Numbered from the stretch's first letter, positions 31,350-41,139 are shown. The stretch is 64,000 nucleotides of DNA from Arcobacteraceae bacterium (GCA_963662945.1 OY759974.1:1952001-2016000), one strand, 5' to 3'. Numbers and translations: made by a program. The notes: generated by a model from the sequence alone, not told the origin.

Positions 31350-32369
31350 TTACTGCAAAAATACTTTAGCAATCTCATCACTAAGTTCTAGTTGTGTGGA
31401 TATACCTACACAAGAACAGTTAATCTCACTTAAAACGAGTCTATCTTTCCCTTTTTTATCATAATCAAGAATATAATCCATAGTCCAAAGTAGGGGATAG
31501 CTTTGTTCGTTGAGATGTTTTTTTATATCTTTTAAAGCTTTGTTTGTAAGTTCTACCACATCTTTATATTTTGAATTATCAGGTTTGTGATATTCATACT
31601 GTGCACCACTAAAGAGTGTAGCTGAGAACTCTCCATTTTGTGGTTTTTTGTGAACGATACTTACAATTTTATCATTTACAAGGATTGCTCTTATTTCCCC
31701 TTCATTGATTCTAGGTAAATATCTACAACCTACAAAACCACTTTTCCCTTTAAAATATACTTCATTTGAATCATCATAATCAAATTTTTCTTTGAAGCTT
31801 TTAAGAAACTCATCTATATTTGTATAAAAGTATTTAGTATTATCAACAGCTTCTGTACAAACAATACTCTCATCATCTCGCAAGTTTATAAGATAAACAC
31901 CAACTCCTGTTGAGCCATAGTTTGTTTTTAATACTCTAACTCTATACTTTTCAAGGATTTGTGGAAACTCTTTTTTAAACTCTTTGTATGTATGAAAAAA
32001 CATAGTTCCTTTGTCTCCAACAAGTGAGTTTTTGAGTTTTTCTAAAATATCTTTAAAATCAAGATTTATCATCACATCTGGATGAGTATGTACATCAACT
32101 CCTGCATCACTTAAAGATTTTAAAAATACAAAATATTCATCTACCTCTTTTAGGTTTCCAGGATTGATTCTACTGATAACAATAGTTGCAGTTGATTTGA
32201 TATATTTGTATAATTCAAGTTTTCTTTTTGGATTGTAAAAAACAACTTCACCATCTATATTGGCTATGTTTTTTAATGATTTTAAAATTGGTTTTGTATC
32301 TGGTCTAAAGCCGTCGAAATTTTTGTCACTACCTTTTGCATACTCTATAATAATTGCATATCTCTTCAA
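31350..32369 (-). CDS. Cj0069-like ATP-grasp protein
   Basis: GSDKNFDGFRPDT, SRINPG, RVLKTNYGSTGVG, YLPRINEGEIR, LSEINCSCVG. Confidence 0.8.
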   Translation of the reverse strand: MKRYAIIIEYAKGSDKNFDGFRPDTKPILKSLKNIANIDGEVVFYNPKRKLELYKYIKSTATIVISRINPGNLKEVDEYFVFLKSLSDAGVDVHTHPDVMINLDFKDILEKLKNSLVGDKGTMFFHTYKEFKKEFPQILEKYRVRVLKTNYGSTGVGVYLINLRDDESIVCTEAVDNTKYFYTNIDEFLKSFKEKFDYDDSNEVYFKGKSGFVGCRYLPRINEGEIRAILVNDKIVSIVHKKPQNGEFSATLFSGAQYEYHKPDNSKYKDVVELTNKALKDIKKHLNEQSYPLLWTMDYILDYDKKGKDRLVLSEINCSCVGISTQLELSDEIAKVFLQ

Positions 32370-32380
32370 TAATATTTCCT

Positions 32381-32578
32381 TTAGTATTCTAGTTCTTTTT
32401 CAATTTTTTCAATAGTTTTTTTAATGATTAGAATCTCTTCTTGTGATTCTTCATCTTTTTTACCATCTAAGTCTTTGAGTTTTTCTTTCATCTTTAGAAG
32501 TATCTCTTCATGGAGGAGTTTTTTAGTATCTTTTTTTTTGAGAAGTTTTTTGATTTTTTCTCGAAGTTTATGAAACAT
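32381..32578 (-). CDS. Small Lys/Glu-rich coiled-coil hypothetical protein
   Basis: 65 aa, tightly packed in the operon. Confidence 0.65.
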   Translation of the reverse strand: MFHKLREKIKKLLKKKDTKKLLHEEILLKMKEKLKDLDGKKDEESQEEILIIKKTIEKIEKELEY

Positions 32579-32581
32579 AAC

Positions 32582-32830
32582 TTAGGCAGCTTCTAACTCA
32601 TAAAGGTCAATAAGTTTTTCTGTTTTATTTATAAAATCTATCAGGATAAATTTATCCCATCCATAGTCATTTGCTACTTCTACAATATAATCTTCATCAT
32701 CAATATTATTTAAACAATAAATATCTAAATCACACTCAGTAGGTACCATCACAGCTTCATAACTATTTGCTTTTGCCTGTGATATATCTGCACTATAATG
32801 TGATTTGATTTTGTTTAGATTGATTTTCAT
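32582..32830 (-). CDS. Small acidic hypothetical protein
   Basis: 82 aa, AAGGAAG RBS, first gene of the operon ending in phoH. Confidence 0.7.
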   Translation of the reverse strand: MKINLNKIKSHYSADISQAKANSYEAVMVPTECDLDIYCLNNIDDEDYIVEVANDYGWDKFILIDFINKTEKLIDLYELEAA

Positions 32831-32856
32831 AATCTTCCTTTGTTTTAAGTTGGAAG

Positions 32857-32911
32857 ATTATAAAAGAAGTTGATTGCAATTTGATTACTAGAAGGTTACT
32901 GTTTGATTACA
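32857..32911 (-). promoter_or_regulatory. Double Pho box (four half-sites) promoter
   Basis: TGTAAT-CAAAC-AGTAAC-CTTCT-AGTAAT-CAAAT-TGCAAT, 10 nt, TATAAT. Confidence 0.8.
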
Positions 32912-32932
32912 TTTAAGTAAGTGAGATTGTAT

Positions 32933-34747
32933 CTATATTGGAATAATAATTTTAAAATTTGCACCTTTGAAATTTTGATTTTCATAGCTATATGCTTCAT
33001 TTGTAGCTATTATTTTTCCATTGAATCTATTTGTAATAATTTGGTAACTCATATAAAGTCCAAGACCTGTTCCTTGAGAGTTGTGTTTTGTTGTAAAATA
33101 GGGATCAAATATTTTATCTATTATTTTTTCAGAAATACCACCTGCATTGTCTTTGATAGAGATAACTGCATTATTATCTTCTTTGTATGTTGATACAAAA
33201 ATGAGTCTATTTGTTTCTCGATGTTCTTTGAGTGCATCTTTTGCATTATTTAATACGTTGATAACTACTTGTAAAAGTTCATTTTCATTATTATTAATCA
33301 AGATATCTTCAAAATTTGAAATGATTTCAATATCATTATTTGAAAATGCTTTTCCAAACATATCAAAGTTTTTTGTGATAATATCTTTGATATTAAATTC
33401 TTGATTATTTTGTTGTGGTTTAAGATAATTCTGAAAATCATCTATAGTTTTTGAGAGAAATTGCACTGTATCATTTACTTTAGTTAAATTTTCTGATAAT
33501 TCATTTTTTTCTACATCCAGTCCATATTCTAGTTTAAAGTTAAGTCCAGTTACAGATGCACTAATAACACTTAAAGGCTGTCTCCATTGGTGGGCAATAT
33601 TTCCTATCATCTCTCCCATACTTGCCATTTTTGCTTGTTGGTATAAGAGTATATCTTTTTGTCTTAGTTGTTCTTCTGCTATTTTTCGTTCACTTATATC
33701 TCTTGATGCTGCATATAAATACATCGTATCATTAAGCATAACTCCTGCCGTTCTAATCTCTACTGGGAATGTTGAACCATCTTTTCGAGTATGGCGTGCT
33801 TCAAAAGTTGTGGGATGTTTGATTAATTTAGAGATTTCATTAAGTTTAAAATTATGATCCCAATCTAAAACATTTAAAGTCTGAATTTCTTCATCTGTAT
33901 ATCCTAATGAAGTTGTAAATGAATCACTATACATAATGAGTTTTCCATCAGCATCTAAAATATGAATAGCATCACCAGCATTTTCTAAAATTGTTTTTAC
34001 TCGACTGTTTTCATCGTGTAGTGAATGTATTAAATCTTGTTGAATTTTGTTTTGTTTTTGTATAGTTGAAAGTTGGTTTGTAATTTGAATAATCATTTTA
34101 TTAAAAGTTTTAGCCAATAATCCTATTTCATCATTTGTATTTATATTTAACTTTACATCATAATTATTATTGGCAATGTTTTCAGCAGCATTTGTTAAAA
34201 GCAAGAGATGTTTTGTAAGGAGATAACCTATCGAAAAAAGTAAAACAATACTCAATATAATTTCAAATAAGGCGATAATAAAACTTTGTGTAATAAGTTC
34301 ATCTTTCGCATTTTGAAGAAAAGTTGTATCGATACCAAAATATACTTCTCCAAAGTTTTGTTCTTGAAAACTAACAGTGGTTTTTGTATTGTAAACTAAT
34401 GAATCTGCATTAAATTCGGTATCTATTTTGGGAATGGCGTTCTTTGAATTCCAGTTTGATGAAGCAATAATATGTTGATCTTTTTCAATAAAGATATATA
34501 CTATTTTTTTTGAGTTTGTATATTCTTTTAAAATAGAATCCAAACTGGCATAATCTCTTTCAGCAAGTAAGGGTAATAATGAAGCTTGAAAGTTCGCTTT
34601 TATCTCTTGAAGTTGTATTTTTGCTTGAGAGGTAAGATGGTTTTCTATAAGTCTTAAACTATTCATAATAAGTAGACTTAATATAGTTACTTCTATAATG
34701 ATAGAGAATATTATAAGTTTAAATCGTATACTTTTAAAAAAATTCAT
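32933..34747 (-). CDS. HAMP-PAS sensor histidine kinase
   Basis: Two TMs, DEIGLLAKTFN HAMP, RKDGSTFPVE PAS, IAHQWRQPL, GTGLGLY. Confidence 0.9.
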   Translation of the reverse strand: MNFFKSIRFKLIIFSIIIEVTILSLLIMNSLRLIENHLTSQAKIQLQEIKANFQASLLPLLAERDYASLDSILKEYTNSKKIVYIFIEKDQHIIASSNWNSKNAIPKIDTEFNADSLVYNTKTTVSFQEQNFGEVYFGIDTTFLQNAKDELITQSFIIALFEIILSIVLLFSIGYLLTKHLLLLTNAAENIANNNYDVKLNINTNDEIGLLAKTFNKMIIQITNQLSTIQKQNKIQQDLIHSLHDENSRVKTILENAGDAIHILDADGKLIMYSDSFTTSLGYTDEEIQTLNVLDWDHNFKLNEISKLIKHPTTFEARHTRKDGSTFPVEIRTAGVMLNDTMYLYAASRDISERKIAEEQLRQKDILLYQQAKMASMGEMIGNIAHQWRQPLSVISASVTGLNFKLEYGLDVEKNELSENLTKVNDTVQFLSKTIDDFQNYLKPQQNNQEFNIKDIITKNFDMFGKAFSNNDIEIISNFEDILINNNENELLQVVINVLNNAKDALKEHRETNRLIFVSTYKEDNNAVISIKDNAGGISEKIIDKIFDPYFTTKHNSQGTGLGLYMSYQIITNRFNGKIIATNEAYSYENQNFKGANFKIIIPI

Positions 34748-35571
34748 TTGATGTTTAAAAACCCTTTAGTCTCTTCTAAAACGGGAGACATTGCTTCTAG
34801 ATCCTGTTTTGAAATTTCAATGTAGCCTTTATATCCTGTTTTTGTAAAAAAAACTTGTCCCGTGTTAGATTGTTCAAATGCTAATAAAGCATTTTTTAAC
34901 AGTTCGATTTTTTCTTTTGATAACTGTGGATTAGCTATAGTAAAAAGATGTGGCATTGAAAAACCAGATGGAAAAATTTTGATTTCACTTTGAATATCTT
35001 TGTTTGTTAGTTGTTTAATCGGTGTATATGTTGTAATTGCAGCATCTGAATCACCTAATATCACACTTTTTATAGCACTAGTATGTGAGTTTGAGTTAAT
35101 CAGTTTAAAATCAACATTATTTTTAAATCCTTCATCTAGAAGTGCTTTAATTCCTCCAATTGAAGATACAGAAAGATAATTTGACATTGAGATTTTTGTA
35201 TTTTTTAAATCTTTTACTTTGAAGTATGGACTATTTTTTAATACTACAAAAAGAGGTTCTAATTGTGTATTGTATCTAAATAGGGGAATAAACCCATCTT
35301 GTATATGTATAAGACCAAAATGTGGCCCTGTTATGATAATATCGAATTGACCTTTTTTTGTATCTTCAAAAAAATGTTCATAACTATTCGCTGTATATAT
35401 TTCAACTTTCTGTTGTAGTTTATTTTCTAAGAACTGTTTATATGGTTGATAAACTTTAAGTATTTTGAGAGTATCTGTGTAGGGTAAAATACCTATTTTA
35501 ATAGTATCTGCTGCAAAAGAAGAAGTTACAAATAAAAAAAATGAGAAGATGATATTTTTGAATAGTGACAT
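34744..35571 (-). CDS. PhnD/SsuA-family periplasmic substrate-binding protein
   Basis: Signal peptide, IKIGILPY, SHTSAIKSVILGDSDAA; overlaps the kinase start. Confidence 0.8.
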   Translation of the reverse strand: MSLFKNIIFSFFLFVTSSFAADTIKIGILPYTDTLKILKVYQPYKQFLENKLQQKVEIYTANSYEHFFEDTKKGQFDIIITGPHFGLIHIQDGFIPLFRYNTQLEPLFVVLKNSPYFKVKDLKNTKISMSNYLSVSSIGGIKALLDEGFKNNVDFKLINSNSHTSAIKSVILGDSDAAITTYTPIKQLTNKDIQSEIKIFPSGFSMPHLFTIANPQLSKEKIELLKNALLAFEQSNTGQVFFTKTGYKGYIEISKQDLEAMSPVLEETKGFLNIK

Positions 35572-35663
35572 AAGATACCTTACATGAAAAAATATACTAA
35601 GATTATATGATAAAAATAATGTATTATTCTTTAAATATCTTAAAAAAGTAAAATGAGGTAATA

Positions 35664-37370
35664 TTACCCCATATATCGTTCAAGTTTAGATTTTTTTATT
35701 TTTTCTAGTTCTACTACAATAAAACTATCAATACAGTTTGAAAAATCTGGGTCTATGTTAAAATCATAGAACTTAATTCCTCCATCTTCACAGAGTTCAC
35801 TATATTGTTTATAAAGTGTTGGTACAGTTAAATCCATACCTTTAAGTTTTGTTTTTAAAAGCTTGAAGTCCTCTTTGTAGTCATCATAAGTAAAAGGATT
35901 TTCTAAAGCTATTGCTTGTGTTTCAAATTCAAAAGGAAGATTTGCTTCTACAAGTTTATCTTCACTTCCAAAATAATTGCTATAAAAATCTACAATTAAC
36001 TCTTTTGCATATTGTGGATAATTTCCACTAAGGCTTACAGGTCCAAACATATATTTAACTTCTGGATTATGTTTTAAATATGCACCAATTCCATACCAAA
36101 GATAATCTAAAGCACGTGTGCCCCAATATTTTGGTTGTACAAAACTTCTTCCTAGTTCAATAGAGTTATCAAGATATTTGATGAATGGTTTTTTAAATCT
36201 AAAAAGTGTATTTGAGTAAAAACCATATTTTCCATAAGTTGCATTTATAGATTTTCCTTCACCAATTCTATAAGCACCAACAATTTCTAAATCTTCATCA
36301 TCCCATAAAACAATGTGTTTATAATATTGGTCATATTGGTCTAAGTCTCTTTTTTTATTGACACCTTCATTTACTTTTCTAAAGCTTAGTTCTCTTAATC
36401 TTCCTATTTCATTCATAACAGCACTATTTTCTACATAGTCATACAGATAAATTTTTTTCTTATCTGAGGTTTCCCCAATAAGTTGAGAGTTTTTAAGCTC
36501 TTTTTTTAGATTTTGTCTATTTTCACTATGAGCTATAGTATTGATTGTTGTAAAATATTGTTTTTTCCCTTTTTTTAGTCCATAAAGATGTTTTTTATAT
36601 TGATCTACAAGACTTAATTTTTTTGAAGTATTATCTAAAATATTTTCATAAGATATTAGTTTTCCAACTTTTACAGTGATGTTTTTGTCTCTTTGTTTAA
36701 ACATTTCATCCGATAAAAGAATAGTTGAAAATGTTTTATTTAAAATTGAAACTGTATAAAATGTTTTAGAATTTTTTGCATCTACAAGTATTGGTAGAAT
36801 AGGGCTTTTTGAACGTTTTGCAAAGTTTAAAAAACCTTTTTGCCATTTTCCATCTTTGATTCCTGTAGGAGAAACACGACTTACTTCTCCAGCTGGAAAT
36901 ATGATTACTGCTTCATCATTGTCTAGTGCTTCATATATTTTTTTGATATTATCTTTTGATTGTTTTGTTTTAAAATTATCAATTTTGATAAATAGTGAGT
37001 TTAAAGAATCGATACCTGCTAGAAAGTCATTTGCAACAATTCTTACATCTTTTCGAACACTTCCTACAAGTTTTAATAAACAAAGTGCATCTAAAGCTCC
37101 AAGTGGATGATTTGAAATAATAACAACTCTTCCTGAAGATGGAATATTTTCAATATCTTTACTTGAATAAGAAAAATCAAATTTAAAATAATCTAACACT
37201 GCTTCAACAAATTCAAACCCTTTAAGATGGGAATGTTTTTTTAAAAAATCATTTATTTTATCTTCATGTACAAGTTTTTGTGCTATTTTGAACAAAGACT
37301 TTTGTAACATTGGTGTTTTTGAACTAAGTTTTGGAAATTTATTTATTATCTCTTTTTCGATATTTATCAT
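35664..37370 (-). CDS. olsF: Bifunctional acyltransferase, OlsF-like ornithine lipid synthase
   Basis: N-terminal PlsC-like domain (NHPLGALD, FPAGEVS) plus C-terminal N-acyltransferase (EIGRLRELSF, DLDQYD, VGAYR, ELGRSFV). Confidence 0.8.
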   Translation of the reverse strand: MINIEKEIINKFPKLSSKTPMLQKSLFKIAQKLVHEDKINDFLKKHSHLKGFEFVEAVLDYFKFDFSYSSKDIENIPSSGRVVIISNHPLGALDALCLLKLVGSVRKDVRIVANDFLAGIDSLNSLFIKIDNFKTKQSKDNIKKIYEALDNDEAVIIFPAGEVSRVSPTGIKDGKWQKGFLNFAKRSKSPILPILVDAKNSKTFYTVSILNKTFSTILLSDEMFKQRDKNITVKVGKLISYENILDNTSKKLSLVDQYKKHLYGLKKGKKQYFTTINTIAHSENRQNLKKELKNSQLIGETSDKKKIYLYDYVENSAVMNEIGRLRELSFRKVNEGVNKKRDLDQYDQYYKHIVLWDDEDLEIVGAYRIGEGKSINATYGKYGFYSNTLFRFKKPFIKYLDNSIELGRSFVQPKYWGTRALDYLWYGIGAYLKHNPEVKYMFGPVSLSGNYPQYAKELIVDFYSNYFGSEDKLVEANLPFEFETQAIALENPFTYDDYKEDFKLLKTKLKGMDLTVPTLYKQYSELCEDGGIKFYDFNIDPDFSNCIDSFIVVELEKIKKSKLERYMG

Positions 37371-37395
37371 CTATTACTCCACATTATAATATGGA

Positions 37396-37428
37396 ATTAT
37401 AAAACAGACAAATTACTTTTTGATTACA
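37396..37428 (-). promoter_or_regulatory. Pho-box promoter of olsF
   Basis: TGTAAT-CAAAA-AGTAAT, 10 nt, TATAAT; embedded in the last codons of the upstream gene. Confidence 0.78.
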
Positions 37429-39176
37429 GAAGAATCTTCATTTATAGATATACCCAGTGGTGTGAGATATTTTTTAGATTCTTTTTTTATTATCCCTAAA
37501 ACTTTATCTAAATCTGTATGTGTCTTAGGATTTTGAATCTCTATTATAGCACTACAAACACCTAGAAGTTTGAATTTTCTTAGTACTCCAAATCTATCTT
37601 TTGTTTGGATAAATTCATTTTCTTTATCAACAGCATTATATAATTCTTTTACTTGATTACGAAATTTGATTTGTATATTATTAATAGTATTATACACATC
37701 TTCATAGGCTTGATTAACAAAACCTACAAAAAAATCATCACCACCAATATGTGCTATAAAAGTATCTTTAGTTAACTCTTTTTTTAAAATATCAGTAAAC
37801 AAAATTATAGCTCTATCCCCTTGCCTGAAACCATAAATATCATTAAAAGGTTTAAAATCATTAAAGTCAAAATATACAATATGGTATGTTTTATTCTCTT
37901 CACAATGTAAAGCATTGGTAATGTAAAGTTCAATTTGTCTATTTCCAGGTAATTTACTCAATGGATTTTGATCTTTTGCTATTTCAATATTTCTATTATA
38001 AGAGATTGCTAAAAGATTATTTACATCAATAAAACCATAATATTGACTATTTTTAGTAATAAAAATACCATAAGAACTACTAGTATCCATATTATAAATT
38101 TCTAATATTTTATCAACTCCCCATGTTATTTCTGAAGAGATTGTATCTTTAATGAATTTTTTTAATTTTTCATTTGTTTTATCATTTTTTGCCAAAGAAA
38201 CACCAAATTGTGAGTAAGATAATTCTTTAATATCTTTTTCATAGATAACACCATAAAGTTGACCTATTTTATCAATTATTGGTACAAAAGTATTTGTAGG
38301 ATGATTTTTAAAATATTCAAAAAGGTCATTTAATGTAGCATCTAATTTTAATGGTTCTATAATCTCAATTTTTGATTTATCTACTATATTTGTAGTATAG
38401 CTTCTTTGATCATTTTTATATAAATCACTGATATAATGATATTTCATTCTTATTTTTGAAATATCAGTTTTAGGTTTTTGGATAAGATATCCTTGTACCA
38501 AATCTACACCAATATCTTTACAAGTGAGATATTCTTCTTTAGTTTCTACACCTTCTGCTATAACTTTCATACTCATAATATGTGCCATATTTATAATAGA
38601 GGAACAAAACAACCTTTTTTTTGCATCTTTTTGAATATTTTGGATGAAAAATCTATCGAGTTTTATAAATTTTGCTTGTGCATAATAAAGAAGTTGTAAA
38701 CCAGCAATACCTGTTCCAAAATCATCTATTGCTATATCATATCCCTCTTGTTGGTATCTTGTAACCATATTAGTTATAGAACTTGGGTCTTGAAGAGTTC
38801 CTCTTTCACTCAGTTCAAAACAGATTGATTTTTTATCAAAATTAAGTTCTTCTAAAATATTTGAAGTATTTCCAGTCGTAAAATCTGGCATATACATTAT
38901 TCTGTTGTCAAGATTATAGAACATTTGTAAGTTTTCTATCTCTATTTTAGAAAATTTTTTTAAAGCCATTGCTCGTAATTCTAAATCTAGTTGATAAAGC
39001 ATTGCATCGTGAAATGCTTCATCAAAAAGATTAAAAATAGAATAGAAACCTCCAGCTTCATGATAATTTCGTAAAAGTGCTTCTACAGCATAGATCTTTC
39101 CACTTTTTACATTTACTATTGGTTGAAAAGCATAATCTAGTTTTGAAATGATAGTTGTCCATTTTTTATCTAACAT
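37413..39176 (-). CDS. EAL-(CBS-like)-GGDEF c-di-GMP metabolism protein
   Basis: FQPIV, VEALLR, DDFGTG, AEGVET; C-terminal FKPFNDIYG and HIGGDDF. Confidence 0.9.
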   Translation of the reverse strand: MLDKKWTTIISKLDYAFQPIVNVKSGKIYAVEALLRNYHEAGGFYSIFNLFDEAFHDAMLYQLDLELRAMALKKFSKIEIENLQMFYNLDNRIMYMPDFTTGNTSNILEELNFDKKSICFELSERGTLQDPSSITNMVTRYQQEGYDIAIDDFGTGIAGLQLLYYAQAKFIKLDRFFIQNIQKDAKKRLFCSSIINMAHIMSMKVIAEGVETKEEYLTCKDIGVDLVQGYLIQKPKTDISKIRMKYHYISDLYKNDQRSYTTNIVDKSKIEIIEPLKLDATLNDLFEYFKNHPTNTFVPIIDKIGQLYGVIYEKDIKELSYSQFGVSLAKNDKTNEKLKKFIKDTISSEITWGVDKILEIYNMDTSSSYGIFITKNSQYYGFIDVNNLLAISYNRNIEIAKDQNPLSKLPGNRQIELYITNALHCEENKTYHIVYFDFNDFKPFNDIYGFRQGDRAIILFTDILKKELTKDTFIAHIGGDDFFVGFVNQAYEDVYNTINNIQIKFRNQVKELYNAVDKENEFIQTKDRFGVLRKFKLLGVCSAIIEIQNPKTHTDLDKVLGIIKKESKKYLTPLGISINEDSSVIKK

Positions 39177-39205
39177 ATTTCATCCTTATGTTCAATACGA
39201 CTGAA

Positions 39206-39238
39206 ATTTTAGTAAAGAATAGTAACAGAATGATTACA
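39206..39238 (-). promoter_or_regulatory. Pho-box promoter of the EAL-GGDEF gene
   Basis: TGTAAT-CATTC-TGTTAC, 10 nt, TAAAAT. Confidence 0.72.
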
Positions 39239-40436
39239 CTTTAGAGGTGAGTTTATTGTATCCTTTTTTTATATATTGAAGAAGAGGAAATTTGTAACGG
39301 ATAAAGACATATTGTTTGATACAATGACCAATAAAACCTTTTACTTGTACAAGACCATAAAGATCACATACAGCATATCTTCCACCTAAAGCTATCAATG
39401 TACCTTCGAGTTTTGGATTACAGGCATGGAGTTTTTTATTAGCAATTTGATTTAAAATATTTTGTGCAGAACAAATTCCACTTGCACGTGCAATTGTTAC
39501 ATTTGCAGGCATAATTTTCCCAGATTTATCTTTAACTTGAGCGATATCTCCTGCTGCAAAAATATCTTCATACCCTTCTACTTTAAGATATTCATCAACA
39601 ATTATTTGCCCTTTTTTATTTTTTGGTAAATTTGATTTTAAGATGAGGTTTGCCGCTTCAATACCACCTGCAAAAATTATAAATGAGTATTGAATTTTTG
39701 TGCCATTAGTAAGATAAAGATATTCTTTATCACAACTTTGCATTTTTGTATCAGTGATAATATTGATATCTAACTCTTTTAATCTTTCACTTGACATCCG
39801 AATCATTTTTGCATCAAATTCAGGTAATATGGTACTTCTTGAACTAATAAGAGAAATTTTAAAATTATCACAATGAAAACTTCCTCTTTTGAAAAACTGT
39901 TTTGCATAGTATGCCATTTCTGCTGCTATCTCAACTCCCGAAAGTCCAGCACCTACAACAGCAATGTGTGTTTTGTCACATTTTTTTGCTTCATCTTCTA
40001 TTTTGTTGAAAAGTTGTTTTTCAAAATTTTGTTTAAAATATAATGCTCTATGAAGTTTTTTTAAGTCATTTGTATTGTTCAATCCCTCAATATTTTGTGG
40101 GAAAAAAGTTCGTGTTCCAACACAAAGTAAAAGATAATCAAACTTAATAGTTTCTAATTCAGCGGTTGAAATTTGTTTATTAGTATAATCTATATCTGTA
40201 ACTCTTAGATTTTTATATTCTAAAAAAGGATGTTCAAATCCACTACAAAGAGAAGATAAATCAATAGTTACATCAGCTATTGTTCCCTTGTTTGCGATAA
40301 GATCATAAACTTCAGGTTGGAGATTATGATATGTATGTTTATCGATAAGTGTTATTTTGACATTTTTATTTTTTACGAGTTCTTTTAAGGCATAGATACC
40401 AGCGTATCCTCCACCAATTATTACAATATGTTTCAA
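39234..40436 (-). CDS. NAD(P)/FAD-dependent oxidoreductase, type II NADH dehydrogenase-like
   Basis: IIGGGYAG, VGAGLSGVEIAAE, IFAAGDIA; TTG start at 40436 after AGGT. Confidence 0.85.
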   Translation of the reverse strand: MKHIVIIGGGYAGIYALKELVKNKNVKITLIDKHTYHNLQPEVYDLIANKGTIADVTIDLSSLCSGFEHPFLEYKNLRVTDIDYTNKQISTAELETIKFDYLLLCVGTRTFFPQNIEGLNNTNDLKKLHRALYFKQNFEKQLFNKIEDEAKKCDKTHIAVVGAGLSGVEIAAEMAYYAKQFFKRGSFHCDNFKISLISSRSTILPEFDAKMIRMSSERLKELDINIITDTKMQSCDKEYLYLTNGTKIQYSFIIFAGGIEAANLILKSNLPKNKKGQIIVDEYLKVEGYEDIFAAGDIAQVKDKSGKIMPANVTIARASGICSAQNILNQIANKKLHACNPKLEGTLIALGGRYAVCDLYGLVQVKGFIGHCIKQYVFIRYKFPLLQYIKKGYNKLTSKV

Positions 40437-40466
40437 TTTTTTGTACCTATTTTTTAAAGTTTTGTT

Positions 40467-40499
40467 ATTATAACATAACAAGATTGCTAATTAGTTACA
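40467..40499 (-). promoter_or_regulatory. Pho-box promoter of the NDH-2-like gene
   Basis: TGTAAC-TAATT-AGCAAT, 10 nt, TATAAT. Confidence 0.68.
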
Positions 40500-40522
40500 A
40501 AAATTAAGAATTAGAATTTTGT

Positions 40523-40789
40523 TTAATCTTTATCTTTTTTCTTTTTTGAGAATCCTGCTCCCTCTTTTGTTTTTGCAGTTAGTTGTAAATCCTCAATTAA
40601 AGTTCTATAATCTACACCAGTTTTATGCATAGAAGAAAAACAAGTAACTATAACTGCAATAGCGTTTGGAACATCACCTTTTTTCTTGTATGCTTGTAAG
40701 TTTTTTTCACTTACTTTTATAAGTTTACTAAATTTTGGTAGGCTAATATCTGCATCTAATAGATGTTTTTTGAAGTCTATAAAAGTCAT
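40523..40789 (-). CDS. Small XRE-like HTH protein
   Basis: ISLPKFSKLIKVSEKNLQAYKKKGDVP helix-turn-helix pattern. Confidence 0.65.
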   Translation of the reverse strand: MTFIDFKKHLLDADISLPKFSKLIKVSEKNLQAYKKKGDVPNAIAVIVTCFSSMHKTGVDYRTLIEDLQLTAKTKEGAGFSKKKKDKD

Positions 40790-40943
40790 AAGATTCCATT
40801 TGAATTGAATTATTTTTTGGAATTGTACCATATTTTATTACTATTATCAATATAAGTCATTCAGTTACAATTAAAGTAGATGATGTCATAATCACTATAA
40901 TTTATTACTAATAGTAATAAAATTAATACATTAGGAGACCTTC

Positions 40944-41132
40944 ATGGCAAAAGAATTAAAGAAAAAAGCAGTAGCGAAAGTAGCTAAAAAAGCAGTAGCA
41001 AAAGCAGGTGTTAAAAAGAAAAATACTAAAAAAGTATTAAAAGTTGTTACAAAAGCAGTAGCAAAAAAATCACCAAAAAAAGTTAAAGTAGCAAAAAAAA
41101 TAGCAAAAAAAGCAGTTAAAAAAGCTGCATAA
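40944..41132 (+). CDS. Histone H1-like Lys/Ala/Val-rich basic protein
   Basis: 26 Lys in 62 aa, KKAVA repeats, AGGAG RBS, TATAAT at 40896, downstream hairpin. Confidence 0.8.
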   Translation: MAKELKKKAVAKVAKKAVAKAGVKKKNTKKVLKVVTKAVAKKSPKKVKVAKKIAKKAVKKAA

Positions 41133-41139
41133 TTATTTG

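Noticed and set aside
31332-31365. Possible internal box before phoH
   Set aside because: Both half-sites degenerate and spacing is 11 nt
40822-40869. Possible box before the XRE-like gene
   Set aside because: Isolated half-sites, 9-nt spacing, no 11-bp partner
40960-41130. Short repeated DNA units (aaaaaagcagtagc) as a CRISPR or VNTR
   Set aside because: Coding repeats of the Lys/Ala-rich protein, with no spacer structure or cas genes
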